Source of the DNA: Amoebophrya sp. A120
Taxonomy: Eukaryota; Protista; Dinoflagellata
Direction: 5' to 3'
DNA length: 64,000 bases
NCBI GenBank assembly: GCA_905178155.1
Contig: CAJINV010000014.1
Location: forward strand, 2,137,570-2,201,569
The notes beneath the pieces were generated by a model, which saw only the letters and a program-made list of their open reading frames with translations, had not been told where the DNA came from and made no database searches. The position numbers and the translations under genes are program-made. Numbering within the stretch: the stretch's first letter is position 1; each line of letters begins with the position of its first letter. This document shows positions 1 to 11,708 of this stretch, piece by piece.

Positions 1-3000
1 TCGAGTTATTTGCGTTCAATAACTTCCTCTTCAAGTTCGGGTCCTCCAAGCCCTGCTCATACGCGCTTGACTCCTCAGAACTAGAATTGCTGTCCACCGG
101 GGAATATCAACTGCAAAAGTGTCTGGGTCTGGAAAGTTGTGACGCAAGGAAGGGAAAAATAGTGAGCACACTGTAATCAATGCGCTGCCCAGCATGACAA
201 GTTTTTCCTCGGTTCAGAGTTGCGCACTCCGCATGAGAAACTGCGTTTTTGCATGACAGGTAAGAGGAGCTCTTTGCGGGCACGCAATACAGAGTTGAGA
301 GTCATGCCAGACTAGCATGACAAATCTTGTCCAGACCCAGACATATTTGGGTTTGATAGAGAATTCGCGTGCAAATTATTCTCCGCGTAGTTACTGTCTT
401 TCTCCGGAGAAGACGCCGCGCTCCCCGGCTGTGGGAACAGCTGGCCGGTTGGTGCCGCGGGGACGGAATTCCACCTGGACAGCTGATTGTTGCTCATCGG
501 GGCCGCGGATGAAAATTGATTTGCTCCTCCTGTGCTGCCGGCGGTCGTTTTCTCCTTGGAGGAGGAGGAAGACGAGGAACCACTCACGTTTTGCAATTGG
601 AATAAAGAACCCTGTTGTTGCGCGGCTTGATTCTGCGGTATCGTCGTTGCGTTCGATGTTGTAGTTCCGCCCATCGTCACATCGCCGTCAAGATTCTTGC
701 TAGTACTGCTCGATGAGGAGGCTACTTGCTGACCGACGAACAGCCCCCTACTAGTTGTACTTGACACACCACCTGCTCCACTGTTAAACATTGCAGCACT
801 CTGCGGGTCCACCGGGCAGGATTTCTGCGGCGACAGCCGCTTTCTCTTCCTGACTTGACTGTTCGATGAATTATTGTTCATTCCGGTTTTCGTCGGACTG
901 TTTTGGGACTCAGAAACCGCTAGTTTCTTTAACCTGGGTACGTTCGAGACACAGGTTTTTTGCAAGTGCGCCATCCGCCCCAACGGGTTTTGCCCCGTTT
1001 TCTCCCCGGGTTGCTGGCAAAAGCAGATCACGCACTCTGCTTCCTGAACGTCAGGCTCCCCGATTTCCTGGCAAATCAGGTCCACTTTGGAAGTAGAAAT
1101 AGCTTTCTTACTGGAGCCCGGCTCTTGGTCTTGTTGTAAGAGCTGCAGCTCTCTTTGCGCAGAAGACATCACCGCCGCGGGGGCGCCATTATTTGATGCA
1201 ACAGCACTTGTTCCAGTGTTGTTCAGCGTTGGTGTGGCGTTCTGGGAGTTGTTGACAGACGCGGCTTTCTTGACCGGTGAGCTGTTCTTCGCCGCATCTT
1301 CGAGAAACGTTTTCTGTTTCTTGTTGAATTTTTTCAGCATCGCCGCCTGTTTCCTCTTCCTCTCTTCCTTTTTCTTCTCCGCCTCGGTTTTTTCCTCGAC
1401 CACCGGCTCCTCCTGTGTCGCCTGTGGCATCGGGGCGTCCTCGTTGTGTTGTTGGAAGGCGGTGTATGAAGAACTGGACGTCGCAGGAGCTGCACCGCCT
1501 TGTTGGAACAATGCACCACCTGGTGCTGCGACACCAGCTGACAAGCTAGTACAACTGCCGCCTGCTCCCGCCTCTGCTTGGTCCAGCTGCGCCAAAAACC
1601 CGATGGAATTCGTGGACGAAAGCGCCATACTGCCAAAATTCACAGAAGCGGTTGTGCTTTCTGTCGCGCCCGAACGCATGGCCTGCATCGGGAGGGGCTT
1701 GTTGTCAGCGCTGTTGTTTTCGAGAACGACGCTGGTACTAGTACCAGAGGATTGTTTCATCGCAGCACAACTCGGAGCAGGTTGTTCCTTGCCAACCCCG
1801 TACAGTTGCAAAAGGTTCAGGTTTTGGTTCACCACATGCACGTGCTGTTTGCAACTGGGCTCTTTCAAAATCGCCTCGAAGCACTGCAGCAGGGAAAATT
1901 GCACGACGGAAGAAGATTGGTCTAGTTGTTTCAGTGCGACGGCCGTAGAAGAAGCTCCTTGCTGGTCGACATTCATCGCTTCTGGTTCCATTGCTTGTTC
2001 TAGCTCTCCACCTAGCTCCTGATGGTCATTATTTTCTGGAGAGATTCTGGTCAAGTTCACGGACCTGCCGTTCAAGATTCGCGAGGAGGAGGATGTTGCG
2101 CCAGAACTTGCTCCTCCTGCAAGAGCATTCGTCGTTGCATTCAAAACATTTTTTCCCTCTGAAGTTGCTGATGTTGCTGCACCAGGAGCATTTGTAGTTC
2201 CGCTGTTAGTGTTACCATTGTTCGTCAGACTCGGTCTGCGACTGTTGTTGGGACTCGAATTCGAGCTGCTGTTTGTGCTGGAATTTGTGCCGATGTTCAG
2301 GCTGCTTTGGTGCACCACCGCGGCGGAAGACAAGGGGTTGTTGTCCAACGTTAACGGCGCCAGCTGCGGCTTCAGCCCGTGGTACCCCAGCAGCCCGAAG
2401 CTCTGCCGTCTCGCGGTCTGCCGTCGGGACGGGGAGGAGGGGGAGAGAGACTGGGCGGGGGGCTGCTGTTGCTGTTGATCCCCTGTTCCATTACTATTCC
2501 CTGTGTTTCTGCTTGACTGCGAGGTTCCCGGGCGGGAGAGCAAACTATCACCACTCTGCTCGTGGATCCGCATCATCTGCCGTGCCAGGCAGTTACTGGA
2601 CACCTCGCAGCAATCCACCTCCACTACCACATCCTTCGCTACGTCAACCATCGACAACCGGGGGTCGACCTTGTCTGCAAGCTCCTTTGCGAGCGCAAAC
2701 ACATTGCCCGCCTGAACGACTGACACCTGGATGATGATTTTGTTGCCGTTGTTCCCAGTTGTACTAGAAGACGTCGAGCTGTTCCGCACATTATCCTCTA
2801 GCATTTTCTCCTTCTGCTCCTCAAAGTTCACCAAGACCAACAGCCGCTGCAGCAGCAGCAACGTCAGCTGCAGCCCCCGGTGGTTCACCATTTCCAGCGG
2901 GAGAAACGCGGTTTGGAGTAACGAAACAATCGGCACAGAAATAAAAGCCGGTTCTCGCGCGATTAGTTGCAGCCCCTTCCGGTAGCAGGGAACGACGAAG

Positions 3001-6000
3001 GACTCGATGTCCTTCCAGTGCCGATTAGGGACAAAGCTGTTGCTCAGTTTTGCGCCAAGTTTCTCCATATCAAATGTAAAAGTGTCTGGGTCTGGGAGAT
3101 TGCGAGATTTGTCATGCTAGTGTGGCATGACACGAGAATCTGTGTTGCATAGGTACGAAAAAGCCCTCTTACCTGTCATGCAAAAGCGCAGTTTGCCATG
3201 CGAAATACGTAAGACATGGCAGCCAAAAAATTTGCCATGCATAGCTGCGTACTGCAGTGCGTCTATCATTCATTTTTAGCATTACAAGTTTCCAGACCCA
3301 GACATATTTGCAATGCATACTCCAGTTTTCGTTCCTCCACGTCGTGCTGTTCCTTCCACGAGTAAAGGAGAAACAGCGGGTCGACATACCGCCACAAAGC
3401 TTTATGGATGTGTCAGAGTTGAAATCGACAAAGTTGAAATAATTTGTCATGCATAAGATGGATGCCAGTTGGAACCCAGTCTCTAAGTGGCGCATGACAA
3501 ATTTCGGTGGGCCCTAAATCCAGTTTGTCATGCCGCTTAGGCAAAGAAGAGTGATTTTCTCATGCTACTTTAGCAGCTCGAGCTGTAACCCCTAACAGGC
3601 TTACAATCGGCCTCACTTGCCTGCTCTGCAACGCACATACCTCGGGCCATGCATTTTATGCATGACAAATTATTTCAACTTTGTCGATTTCAACTCTGAC
3701 ACTCCCATAAGCTTGCTTCAGAATGTACTTCCCCGGAGTGCGGTGACCCGACTGGGTGGCGCTGTGAGATTTTGATCATGCGTGTTCTTCTTTTTTACAA
3801 CACAGCATCTACTTCTTCTGCGCCTTTGTTTCATCAAGCTGATGTTTAGCTTTAGGGATGAAACACAAACAATCACTTATCTTAATTTGCAAGCAGTGCC
3901 AAACCATCAAACTAGAAATACGCGTCCGGTTCCTGGAAGTCCGCAATGTCGGACAAAATCCCATCCAGAAAGTCGCTGTTGTCGTGCGACTTCATGTATC
4001 AAATGTAAAAATGTCTGGGTCTGGACGAGGCATGCTGTTTTTGCATGACGCAGGAGGTCTGGCATGGAAGCTCTAGCGTCACAGGTTTCGAGAAGCTTCC
4101 ACAATGCCGAATCCGCATGACAAATCACCCATCTTGGTGACAGAAAGTGGGCAGCTTTCGGTACCTATGCATGAGAGATTTTTCTGTGTGCTGCAATGCG
4201 CATCACAAGTTTGTCTTCTTCCAGACCAAGACATTTTTGCATTTGATATCATGATCGTGTCCGTCAGCTCGCTGTGCGTGCAGGGTCCCTTCGCGAGTAC
4301 GTGGATGCAGTGATACTCCGTGATCCGCTCCACGTCGTTTGCCCGGAAGGTGTAGGGTTCGATCGCCAGACACTGACACAACGTCAACAGCATGGTTTCG
4401 ACACTGTGTCCGACCAGTCGCGGCCCCGCTTTATGCATTGCAAAAGTATCGTACTAGTATAAACCGCAATACAAATTTCCTTAGCGTATAGAAATGGAAT
4501 TTGTAAATGCGGATTTGCCTTAAGAAGAAGATTTGTAGTGCATGACTGCGATTACTACGAGTGCGATACTTTTGCACAGGATACGCTTCGAACCGCTGCA
4601 ACACGGTCGCGACGAACGCGGACAAGTGGTTCGTTTCTCATCCAAGAAAAAAACGGTGTTAGTGTAAATTTGTGATGCGCAACATGCAAGATGATTGCGT
4701 CTGTCATGCTTGGCATGCATCGTAGAGCCCATTCAGCGGCGTTTTCCCGTACTATCTGCGCATGACAGGTTTTTGCTTTCATGCGAGAGATATTTGTCAT
4801 GCTAATCCTCCACGAAAGTTACACCTACAATGTTTTTTTCTTGGATATTTCTGACAAAGCGAGCATTACCAAACGGATCAGGGTTAAATCGGGGTCGACA
4901 AACAGACTGTGCCAGTAGTTTTTCTTGTAGAAGCAGGCCTCGTACGCGACGGAGTCCCCGTTCCGGAGCCAGAGGGAGGAGAACCCGTAGCACTGGGCGT
5001 GGAACACGAGGCAGCGGAGGGGGTGCTCCATAATGTGCAGCAGGTCGACGATGTTTAGTTCGTCGTTTTCGTCCGTCTGCAAAACCGTTTTGAAAAGCGA
5101 CTCTGTGTTTTTGAAAAGTTGGAAACTATCCTTAAACGGGTCGAAGATGTGCGTGTTGAGCAATTCCAGGTGGTTCAGCGTTGCCGAGGAAGAACTACTA
5201 CTGTTTCCAAAACCCCCGCCGAACAAATTTGTGGCGCCAAAACCACTGGTATGAATTCCACCTCCATGATAAAGTGAAGTTGTTGCCATGTCGCGCGCTT
5301 TGTCCCGTTCCAGCCTCGCCAAGTAGCTCGACACGTGCGTGCTGCCGTCGATGCTCGTGAAGTGCGTTTTCGGCTTCTTCTTTTCCGCCGGGGTCTTCTT
5401 CGGACTGTTCACAATCTGGGCGAACAGTTTGGACGCGGACTCCCTGGATTCGTTCGCAGGTGGCGGCGACATGTTGGTGTCGATAATCAACGACGTGGAC
5501 TTCTTCTTCACGGGAGTCGTCACGCCAGTGTCGTTGTTATTATTTTCGTTGTCGTTCAGCATGTCCACGTCTTTGCTGCTGTTCAGCGCCGAGTTTTGGT
5601 CGTCCTCGTTGCGCCGATCTATCACCGGCGTGGAGTCCATGGGCGCTCCCGCTGGTTCGCAAAGCAACTCCGCTTCGTTCATATCGCCGGCCGCGGAGCT
5701 CGACGAAGAACTATTATTCGCTGACGTGCCGAACATCAAGTTCCCCATCCCGGTCGCCCTATCGCCCGTCGCCCAGGCTGCTTTGCTGTCCTTCTCCTTA
5801 ATCAAGGCCGTCTCATTCGGGCTAGGGTATGAAAGGACACAACTGCCACCCGTCTGCTCCTTCATTTGTTGTCATGCATAGAAGTAAGAAATCGGATTTG
5901 CATTTGGTATTTTGCATGCTTGCATGACATCAATTTTATTCCGAAGTAGCAGAAAGCGAACTACAGCACGTGTCATGTTGCGAGAGCAACATGTCTGACA

Positions 6001-9000
6001 CTGTTCGTGCCAGCACACTGTCCGCGCCCTTCAAATGAGAGCAACGTCGAGGGGGAGTTGTGCGAAAATCTCGTACGGAGCAGACGCAATGCATTAGAGA
6101 CGCGAAAATCCGGTGCATGGGGATGTGAAAGCTGACCGGCTGCTTGGACACGACGTAGTCACACCCAACCAGACCGATTTCCTCTTCCTCCGGCGTGAAT
6201 TTTGCGATGCGTTCGTTCAAACTCGGGTCCGGTTTGCAGAGGGCAATGTACCAGTTTTGCTCGGCGGACCGCACCGTCGAGATCCACTCGCGCAACGCTT
6301 TGCACAGCGGGATCAAGGCCCAGTGAACCGTGTCAATAGCGCGGACCCGGTTTTCCAGCGTGACGATCATGGAAGACGACGCGGAGTGGATGTCGGACTC
6401 GAAGACCAAACTGTTGCCCCACCGCGTGTTCTCGTGCGCCACGTGGTCGGCGTCCTCCGGGATTCTCACGTGCGGGTTGGCGCACTGGATGATTTTCCAG
6501 ATCTCCAACCAGCCCTGCCACAAGCAGTTCCGGAATGTCATCCGGGCAAAGAGCTCATCGACCACTTCTTGATGATCCAAAACAAACCGGAGGTCATGGG
6601 TGCACTGAAAGTAGGACCGCTTGGTAAGAATGGAGTGGTTGTTCACAAGGTATTTCACTTTCGACTTCTGGTCGCAGGCGAGAAGGAGCAAGTCCTTCGT
6701 CGTGCGGAGCAACGTGTTATGGATTGCAAATGTAGTGTCTGGGTCTGGGCGGGGAACAGTGCAAGGGCTGTTGTGCTCATGCATGTGTTGGAGACTTCGC
6801 ATGACAAACTGCATCCTCGACGTCCCGGGAGACCCAGACATATTTGCATTGCATACGTGTCAAGGAGCTCCACATCCGGGTCTTCCAAAAGTTCGAGAGT
6901 GATGGCTCGAATGGAAAAGAGTTGGACCTGAGATAGGTGGGTGCAAAAGTCAGAGTGTTTTCCATTTTTTCAGCTTCAGATGCACAGAATTGCATGTAGT
7001 TGACAAGACGACTCGTGCTGATGGGCATTAGTACGCTTACGCACCACTACAGCCTCTGCTGCAGAGCGGTAAGTTTTTTTTTCTTCCTCGATTCTAAAAA
7101 AATCATAAAGAATACCGTGACCCTATCCAAACTTGTCGGGTCAGCCCCAACGTGGATATTTTCTGCGTCCTCCCCGTTTTCGTCCACCAAGGAGCTCAGC
7201 ACCTCGCTCCGATTCAAAATATGGGAGTGTCAGGATTGAAATCGTCAAAGTTGAAATAGTTTGCGATGCATAAAATGCAACCCACAAAGTGCCTGTCTTG
7301 CAGAGTAGGTAAGGGAGGCAGATCGTAAGCCTGTTGAGGGGTAGAAACAGAGCTGCTAAAGTAGCATGACAAAAGGCGTCTCCCTTACCCAAAGAGCATG
7401 ACAAACTGGATTTCGGTTCTACCCAAATTTGTCATGCGCCACTTAGAAACTGGGTCACAACTGGCATCCATTTTATGCATTACAAGTTATTTCAACTTTG
7501 TCGATTTGTTCAAACCTGACGCTTTCATACAGTATCAAGTCCGGGTAGAGTTTGAGGAAAATCCGCGCAAACGTTCTCTTGAAGTTCGCATCGAACATGA
7601 GGTCGAGAATATCCTATGTAAAAACGAGTCTCCACCCCATCGTCAACAACATGGGGAATCGGCTAGACAAATCCACAGGGTTTGGCTCTTTTGCATGACA
7701 AGTTTGGACTCGTAGCGTATTGCTGTTTGGGGTAGTTCAGCAGCATCACGCATCCAGTATACTGTGCTGATTGGAGCATGACAAATTTCAAATTGCGAGT
7801 AGAAAATGCTTCTCATGGGGCTCCGCATGAGAAACATTCTTAGCATGCAGATTTGCATTACAACTATGGGGTGGGGATGTTTTTAAATACGATAGAGAAA
7901 CAGGTTTGTCAAGTCGGTTTCCTTCGCCAAGTGGTTCGACCCGACCTGCTATCAAAAGTAAAACTGGCTGGGTCTGGAAACTTGTGATGCTGGGTGGCGT
8001 CTCATGATGAGGCTACAAGTGCTGGCTCAGCATGACAACTTTCTGAGCTCCTAGGTGTTGCCTTTTCTGCATGACAAACTGCGCTTCTGCATCACAGAAA
8101 AACGGAGCTGCTCTTGGGTAACGTGCATGACAGATTTAAGAGTCTGTCATGCCCGACAAGCATGACAAACATGAATTCTTCCAGACCCAGACATTTTTGC
8201 ACTTGATACCTGCAACGCGAATTCCAGAATCGATTTTCCGTTGAACTTATCCTGTGCAAAAGTATCGTACTCGTATAAATGCATTACAAATTTTCTCAGC
8301 ATGAGAAATAAAATTTGTAATGCTGATTTGCCTTGACAAAAAAATTTGTAATGCAAGACCTGCATTTATACGAGTACGATACTTTTGCACAGCATAGAAC
8401 TCCTGTTTCGCAAAGGCCTCGGAGATGATGTGCCGCAGGCCGTCGTGGGCGCCCGCGAGTTTCAGGAGAAATTTGATGTGCTCGCTACATTCGGAGGGGA
8501 TTTCAGTACTGGAGTGGATGTTCCCCGTGGAGTTATTGCTGCTCATGGTCCACTCCTGCAGGTGGTGACACAGCCGGCGGAGCTGAATGGGGAGGATGTT
8601 GCGGAGGGTGTTCTTGATCTTCGGGGGCAGATTCGTGCACGGGTTCCGCTTGTTCGCCTCGTACGCCATGCTGATAATCAGGAATTTGGATTTTATTCAT
8701 CATTATGATCTTCAGAGGTCGTGAAGGTTTTGGAATCAATCACAATGGCGTCTGATGGTTTTTTGGTGATGAGTGGATTTTTTTGGATGCTGTTTCAATC
8801 ACAGTGTGTGAGGACGACCAAGATTTTGGCGCGGCCGGTGGGCTTCTAGCTTTATCAAGAAGTAGTACTAGACCTCCTGCGGTAGCTTAGGTAGCTCTAG
8901 CAGCAGCTGTGGCGTTTTTACTTAGTCAGCGTCGCTCCTGCCGGTGGTACTCGTAATATGCTTTGAGACCACAAACAAAGTTCCAGGAGCGGAGGCCCCG

Positions 9001-9489
9001 TCAAATGTTGAAGACAGGCAGGCTACTTACTCAAATACTGAACCACCGACGAAAGATCGAAAGAGAAACAAGATGTTTTTACGAATACCGGTGATAGCGG
9101 CAGAACCCGCACACGTCCCAGGCATCGGCGTCTCCGCAGTCGCAGCAACCCCCGTAATCGCTTCGGTAAATGAAGTAGTCGTGCCCTTCGTGCTCGCCTG
9201 CGTTGAAGCAGGCCACGCAGATACAGCTGGAGGGGGAGATCCCGCAGGTCAGACACCTGTAGGCGACGTGGTGGCCGTTCCAGACCTCCGCGCACCGCGC
9301 GCTGATGTTCCGGGGGAGGCACTCGGAAAGCGGCTTCTCCGGGTCTGGGAACATCAATTTGTGGAACTCCTGGATGACCACCTTGTCCCCGTGCTCCTCC
9401 CATATTCGATCGGATTTGTTCTTGGTGGTAGTGCTGTCGGCGGGGTCGGATGACGTTTTATTCGCGGAAATGGGTTCTAGTTCCGGCAT
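1..9489 (-). CDS. UBR1: UBR1/UBR2/PRT6-type N-recognin E3 ubiquitin ligase, multi-exon, 3' end beyond the window
   Basis: UBR-box zinc finger (RCAEVW..AYRCLTCGISPSSCICVACFNAGEHEGHDY..GGCCDCGDADAW..GFCRYH) at 9089-9300. Spliced exons give UBR-family motifs DLMFDANFKRTFA, SLDRVTVQLFS, VSFHIPMHR, HIMEHPLRC..LWLRNG, IHVLAKGPCTHSEL, DIADFQEP..GKYILK, and the first RING pair CVICFC. GT-AG introns at 3762-3921, 6928-7115 and 8671-9088, plus 11-12 introner elements. Paralogue assignment uncertain. Confidence 0.9.
105..358. mobile_element. Introner element, family A (254 bp), in UBR gene
   Basis: TIR TATCAACTGCAAAAGTGTCTGGGTCTGG...CCAGACCCAGACATATTTGGGTTTGATA; flanks GGGAA/GAGAA (1 mismatch); removal joins HANS to PVDSNSSSEES, the only open frame to the window edge. 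Confidence 0.85.
3068..3319. mobile_element. Introner element, family A (252 bp), in UBR gene
   Basis: Family A TIRs; perfect TSD CTCCA; removal gives ...EERKLEKLGAK. Confidence 0.92.
3403..3709. mobile_element. Introner element, family B (307 bp), in UBR gene
   Basis: About 54-bp TIR TATGGATGTGTCAGAGTTGAAATCGACAAAGTTGAAATAATTTGTCATGCATAA; TSD AGCTT; removal gives GKYILKQALWRYVDP. Confidence 0.92.
3997..4248. mobile_element. Introner element, family A (252 bp), in UBR gene
   Basis: Family A TIRs; TSD TCATG; removal gives HSELTDTIMKSHDNSDFLD. Confidence 0.92.
4432..4583. mobile_element. Introner element, family C (152 bp), in UBR gene
   Basis: TIR TATGCATTGCAAAAGTATCGTACT / TATCCTGTGCAAAAGTATCGCACT; TSD CGCTT; removal gives LQRFEAGPRL. 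Confidence 0.92.
4639..4847. mobile_element. Introner element, family D (209 bp), in UBR gene
   Basis: TIR (C)ATCCAAGAAAAAAAC..GT.AGTGTAA; left terminal T mutated to C; TSD TTTCT; removal gives LALSETNHLSAF. Confidence 0.88.
5861..5938. mobile_element. Short eroded hairpin intron / mini-introner (about 80 bp) in UBR gene
   Basis: Inverted TTGTTGTCATGCA...TGCATGACATCAA carrying the shared GCATGAC motif. It bridges two ORFs (..SATSE and EQTGG..) across an in-frame stop. No clean 5-bp TSD; boundaries approximate. Confidence 0.55.
6718..6855. mobile_element. Introner element, short family A variant (138 bp), in UBR gene
   Basis: TIR TATGGATTGCAAATGTAGTGTCTGGGTCT / TATGCAATGCAAATATGTCTGGGTCT; TSD CGTGT; removal gives VELLDTLLRTT. 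Confidence 0.9.
7220..7529. mobile_element. Introner element, family B (310 bp), reversed relative to 3403-3709
   Basis: Family B TIRs; flanks CAAAA/CAGTA (2 mismatches); removal gives YPDLILNRSEV. Confidence 0.88.
7610..7894. mobile_element. Introner element, family E (285 bp), in UBR gene
   Basis: TIR TATCCTATGTAAAAAC..CCACCCCAT / TATCGTATTTAAAAACATCCCCACCCCAT; TSD GAGAA; removal gives TNLFLDLMFD. Confidence 0.9.
7950..8208. mobile_element. Introner element, family A (259 bp), in UBR gene
   Basis: Family A TIRs; TSD CCTGC; interior closely similar to 44400-44651 (reversed) and 58619-58876; removal gives EFALQVGSNH. Confidence 0.93.
8248..8396. mobile_element. Introner element, family C (149 bp), in UBR gene
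   Basis: Family C TIRs, opposite orientation to 4432-4583; TSD GAACT; removal gives AKQEFNGKSIL. Confidence 0.92.
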
Positions 9490-11708
9490 CCTCGTCGAGG
9501 TCAAGCAGCCAAACGACGGAAGCAGCGAACTTACTTCTTAGTGGTTGGGGTGCAACTCAAAGAAATAAGTTATACTTTTACGTAGCTTGCAGCATATTTC
9601 TTCGGCCGCACGCAGTCCGTCGAACCAAACAGGAAATTGTGAAATACGTTGGTACAATGAAAAATAGGTGGGATGAATCTTCAATATATGAAAGTTCTTT
9701 GGTACAAATGTTGACTATTTACGGATGTCTGATAGGCATACTTTTCAAAACTCTAGGTCGTGAAGCGTGAAGCAGCAAGGCATTAAATGTCGAAGTAAAA
9801 AAGAGGGAATAAAAGCGAAAGCGCATGCGGAGTTCTATGCTTTCAGAATGAAGCGAAAATGCCGAAACACGATTCAAACATATAACTTCGTGTCAAATTT
9901 TTCACAATTCAAAACCGAGGTACAGACGCAAAATCAGGTGAGGACGACTATACAAATGTCGAAATATTCAGATGAAGAGTACTTGCGATGCTTGTGCATC
10001 ACAGGAGCTGCGTCCCGATTCAAATCACTACAGCGCCACTCACCGAAAAAAAGGACAACAAAAAAATCTGCTACGTCAAACGTTGTTCATGGTGACGATA
10101 ACGATCACAGACATGATGATACCTGTACTGCAATTACTACCTGCTGGGCGGGTACAAAACAACAAAACTGAATTACGAACTATCGTGAGATCCATGCTGA
10201 CACGGGAGGGCGAATGATTGATGTCAGAGGTTAGAATAAAACTATGGGTCGTGCTAATTCATTATCTTGTGTTTCGATGAGTTTGAGTAGTATTGAAGCC
10301 CTGGAGAGGAGGATAGATGTCCAAACGACGTGTCACGAGCGACAGACGAAAACTCCCGAAGGAATTTTGAAAAGTGTCAGTCGACGATCATATAATCGAT
10401 GCTAGATGTAGACGAACAGACACCCTCAGCGATCTTATCGAAGATGCGACTTGTCATCGGACGGTTGACTCACGACTAGATATTCATTGATTCCTTTACC
10501 ACGCTCACGAATGAAAGAGAGTAGAGGCCCAAAAAACATCTTATTTCCGGCAAAGCAACTGGGAGTCTTCGATTGCAAACTACATCAACTGCAGCCTCGA
10601 TCTTGCTCTACAGTCTTGCAGCTTGGGCGTTGAACATCTTCATACTCACTCGACTCTTGTGATGTGCATTGCAATGCCAGAAGGAATTACCGAGTGGAGA
10701 AGAGACATACACCGCACGTTCAGAAGAAGTTAGATCTGATGTCTCCCCATCGTTTGCGTCTGCTACCTTGTTCATGTTCTGTATTTTTAGTTTTTTGATG
10801 TTGGAGCCACCCTACCCAACGACAGAAAGAGAAAACAAAAACCGTCGTGGCTGCTGCGCCACATTCCCATTTTATCTAGATACAGATACAGAAGGTCCGG
10901 AAAACTGCGCGGCCCACCATCGCGGCCACGCACCAAAATCGTGCCACTTTTCCAGAAGATGATCTTCAGGGCTTTCCGGAAGATCACTTTCCGCTTCGCC
11001 CCACGATGAACAGAATCAGAATCAATACATTCAAAACCAACATAAACGACGGCGATCATCATCGTTCTCGTCGTGCCGCTTTGACGCAAGGGTATTATTT
11101 TTTCTCGCTTTTTCAACTACAACATCCTGAACCAAAATCCGAAGATGCTACACTGCTGTCCACAAGTTGTATCAACATCGGGGGCAGCAAGTAGATCTCC
11201 GATTGTATACAGTGTGGTCCTCTTGTCGTTCGATCCCGCTTTTCGTGCTGTCTGCTGTGCTTCCCCTTCATAAACAAGGATGCGGAAACAAATTTGAATT
11301 TTTGTATTTCATTGTACAGGCGTCATTTGTTCCGTGCATTTTAATGCTGTCTTTTCGCGTACTTCGAAACGATTTAGCGAAACCGTTGGACTGCGTAAGA
11401 ATTGAATATCAAAAAAAGTCAATGTGTGCTAACAAGTCTGAATTCATAGTTTTTCTGTTGAGCATCTCGCTACGTAAGAATCAAGAGTCACTGATCCGGA
11501 AGTGGAAAGAGAAGTGGGGGTTACAAAAAATCTGATTTGATAGCACGGGGTTTGATGAAGATCAGTAGTACTATCAAGGTCGCCGGCGGGTAGAAGAGGA
11601 AGCAGAAGCTGTGGAAACGGAAAGAAACGGGGTACTAGCGAAGAAGCAGAAGAGATAAACAATCTCAGCCCGCTCCAGCACTTTGTTCCAGCTGCGCCAC
11701 CTTATAGC

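Noticed and set aside
1-9489. Frameshifts and stops suggesting pseudogenes or an alternative genetic code in UBR and RPC1
   Set aside because: Every break coincides with an introner or a GT-AG intron; after removal the standard code reads through.
9500-11700. Short ORFs here and in the 15.3-19.7, 22-23.4, 46.3-48.1 and 62.2-64 kb gaps
   Set aside because: No recognisable motifs or consistent splice models; small genes cannot be excluded without RNA data. No tRNA or rRNA recognised.
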